Positions 60,862 through 64,000 of a stretch of DNA of 64,000 nt are shown here, in pieces. How positions within the stretch are numbered: the first letter of the stretch is position 1; each line of letters begins with the position of its first letter. Position numbers and translations under genes: made by a program. Origin of the DNA: the human T2T-CHM13v2.0 reference genome, Homo sapiens; the NCBI RefSeq assembly GCF_009914755.1, contig NC_060928.1. One strand, 5' to 3'. Below the pieces are notes generated by a model. The model did no database searches. It worked only from the letters and a program-made list of their open reading frames with translations, and was not told where the DNA came from.

Positions 60862-62516
60862 AAAGATTCCTCTGTTTGTTGGGTGGAAATGACTGGGAGC
60901 CACAAGGCTGGCAGGGAAGACTCCTTGGGACACTATAGCGTAACTTGTGCCAGAGAGAATGTATCAATGGAAGTGGAGAGAAGTGGTTAGATTCTAATTT
61001 CAAATTAGTAAACAATTTAACTCTACTTGTCCCCACACCAGGCTCTCTGAAGGCACCAAGAGCAGGTGATAAGTTAGTGGGGGAGTTTTTCTGCTTCCAT
61101 TTGTATGTATCTGTTACACATTGACCCTCAACCTCCCTCAGACAGGTCACTCCCATAGACAAGCAGAGGGAGCAAAAGATATGCTCAACAGAAAGAGGAT
61201 GGGGTAGAGAGAATTCTCTGTGCGTGTCATGTTCCCATCATTCTGAAAGCCTGGATGGGAGGTGAGGGAGGCAGTGGGCACGCCCATCCACAGGAATGCA
61301 CACAAACATGGCGGGGTAACAAAGGTGGGGCAGAATCAAAACATAAGGCCACTTAGAATGTTACCTCTCTCTCATCTGTATTTCTCTTTCTCTAGAACCT
61401 TCCCAAGTCTGGTTTTTTTTTTTGAAGTGAAGAAATTCCAGAAAACCTATGGAGAGTAGGGAGTGAGAGGGCCACTCCCAAGTTTTCCATTAGCCGCTGA
61501 TACTAGTAAAGGAGAGAGAGCATCTTATCTCTTATCTTGGGAACACATATGATCATAGTTTCTTTGTGTGAACTCCCTTACAATGTAAACTTGGAGAATT
61601 CTTTTGTAAAAATATTAATTATCCACATTGATCATATAATTTTTATATTTCATAAACTATTGTTTCTGGTAAGTGTTCTCAAATATCTTGGAGAAAAAGC
61701 AATCATTTTGGTAAGGTCACCACATTTAGATGATTTCTCAAAACACCAACTTTTAAAAACGTGGTCAAATGACTTAAGATGCCTCCGGCCGTATTTTTCT
61801 TTGCTGACATTTCAGTGACTCCCTAGAGTGTAATGTATACTAAAATATTATACTGCATTAATATGTAAATATAACACAGGATAATTATCAGAAAAAACAG
61901 GTGAATATTCTATTTAATTAACTTAGTTCCTGCTGGATTTTTGAACTGTTATATATTTAAGAGTAAGTTTTCTACATCTACTTTTAAATATTTCTAATAG
62001 AAAATCAGTTTACAACTGTGGCCTGGAAGTGTAATTACTACTCAAATTATTGTGTTCATAGTATCCAATGTATAATGATAAACTTTATATTTTCTTTCAG
62101 TTTTCTTAAAACTATACATTAAAATTCAGAATATCTTAATTTCCATGCCACTAGATGCAGAAAATAATTTTCCATGAATTCATGATCTCTTCTGAATGAC
62201 CTCTTAGTAAATAAACTTTCATTCATTTGCTTATCACCTGTCCTTTCTCTGTTCATTCCCGTGGTAGCTGTCTGTCTTGTTCACTTCTGTATCCTCAGCA
62301 TGTAGCATAGTGCTTGACACATGGTGCCTGCTCATTACTGCTTGTTGAATGCACATATGAATGAATGAATCCTTGTATGTATGAATTTCAACGTTTTAAT
62401 CCTTAGTACAACGTGATGCATAATATGCTCTCATAAATATGTGTTGAATGAATGAATTTATGTTGTGAATTCCTGATACAGTGCAGGGCATGATGGTTGA
62501 AGAATGAGTTTGGTAG

Positions 62517-63941
<1,425 letters not shown>

Positions 63942-64000
63942 TGATGTAGTCTATAAATAGTATATATATGTTAATATCATATCCCTACTACTACGTTAAA

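Noticed and set aside
62146-62160. CTCF-like ccactagatgcag (similar partial matches near 41890 and 43830)
   Set aside because: Lacks the GGC core; within chance expectation

Overview
Primate, most likely human, genomic DNA from the TLR10 end of the TLR10-TLR1-TLR6 cluster. The only real protein-coding gene is TLR10 (minus strand, single-exon 811-aa CDS at 55572-58007), with inferred 5'UTR exons at 58192-58380 and 58527-58843; exon 1 was not identified in the window. The rest is repeat-dense intergenic or intronic DNA: about 35 Alus, L1 3' ends, MaLR/ERV LTRs, DNA-transposon relics, a decayed 5S rRNA copy and three long simple-sequence arrays. The most notable items are: (i) a decayed copy of part of the TLR10 LRR coding sequence about 1.09 kb upstream, which appears to supply the splice acceptor of a 5'UTR exon; (ii) a uORF whose stop overlaps the TLR10 start (ATGA); (iii) a TLR10 allele with several missense changes, including Phe in the conserved TIR FVLS motif; (iv) a direct/inverted/direct triplication at 39.7-41.5 kb whose inverted copy is bracketed by a 14-bp direct repeat; (v) an MLT2A LTR holding a perfect 30-bp AT VNTR between inverted arms. 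I see no convincing new gene system. Repeat boundaries and subfamilies were read by eye and are approximate.
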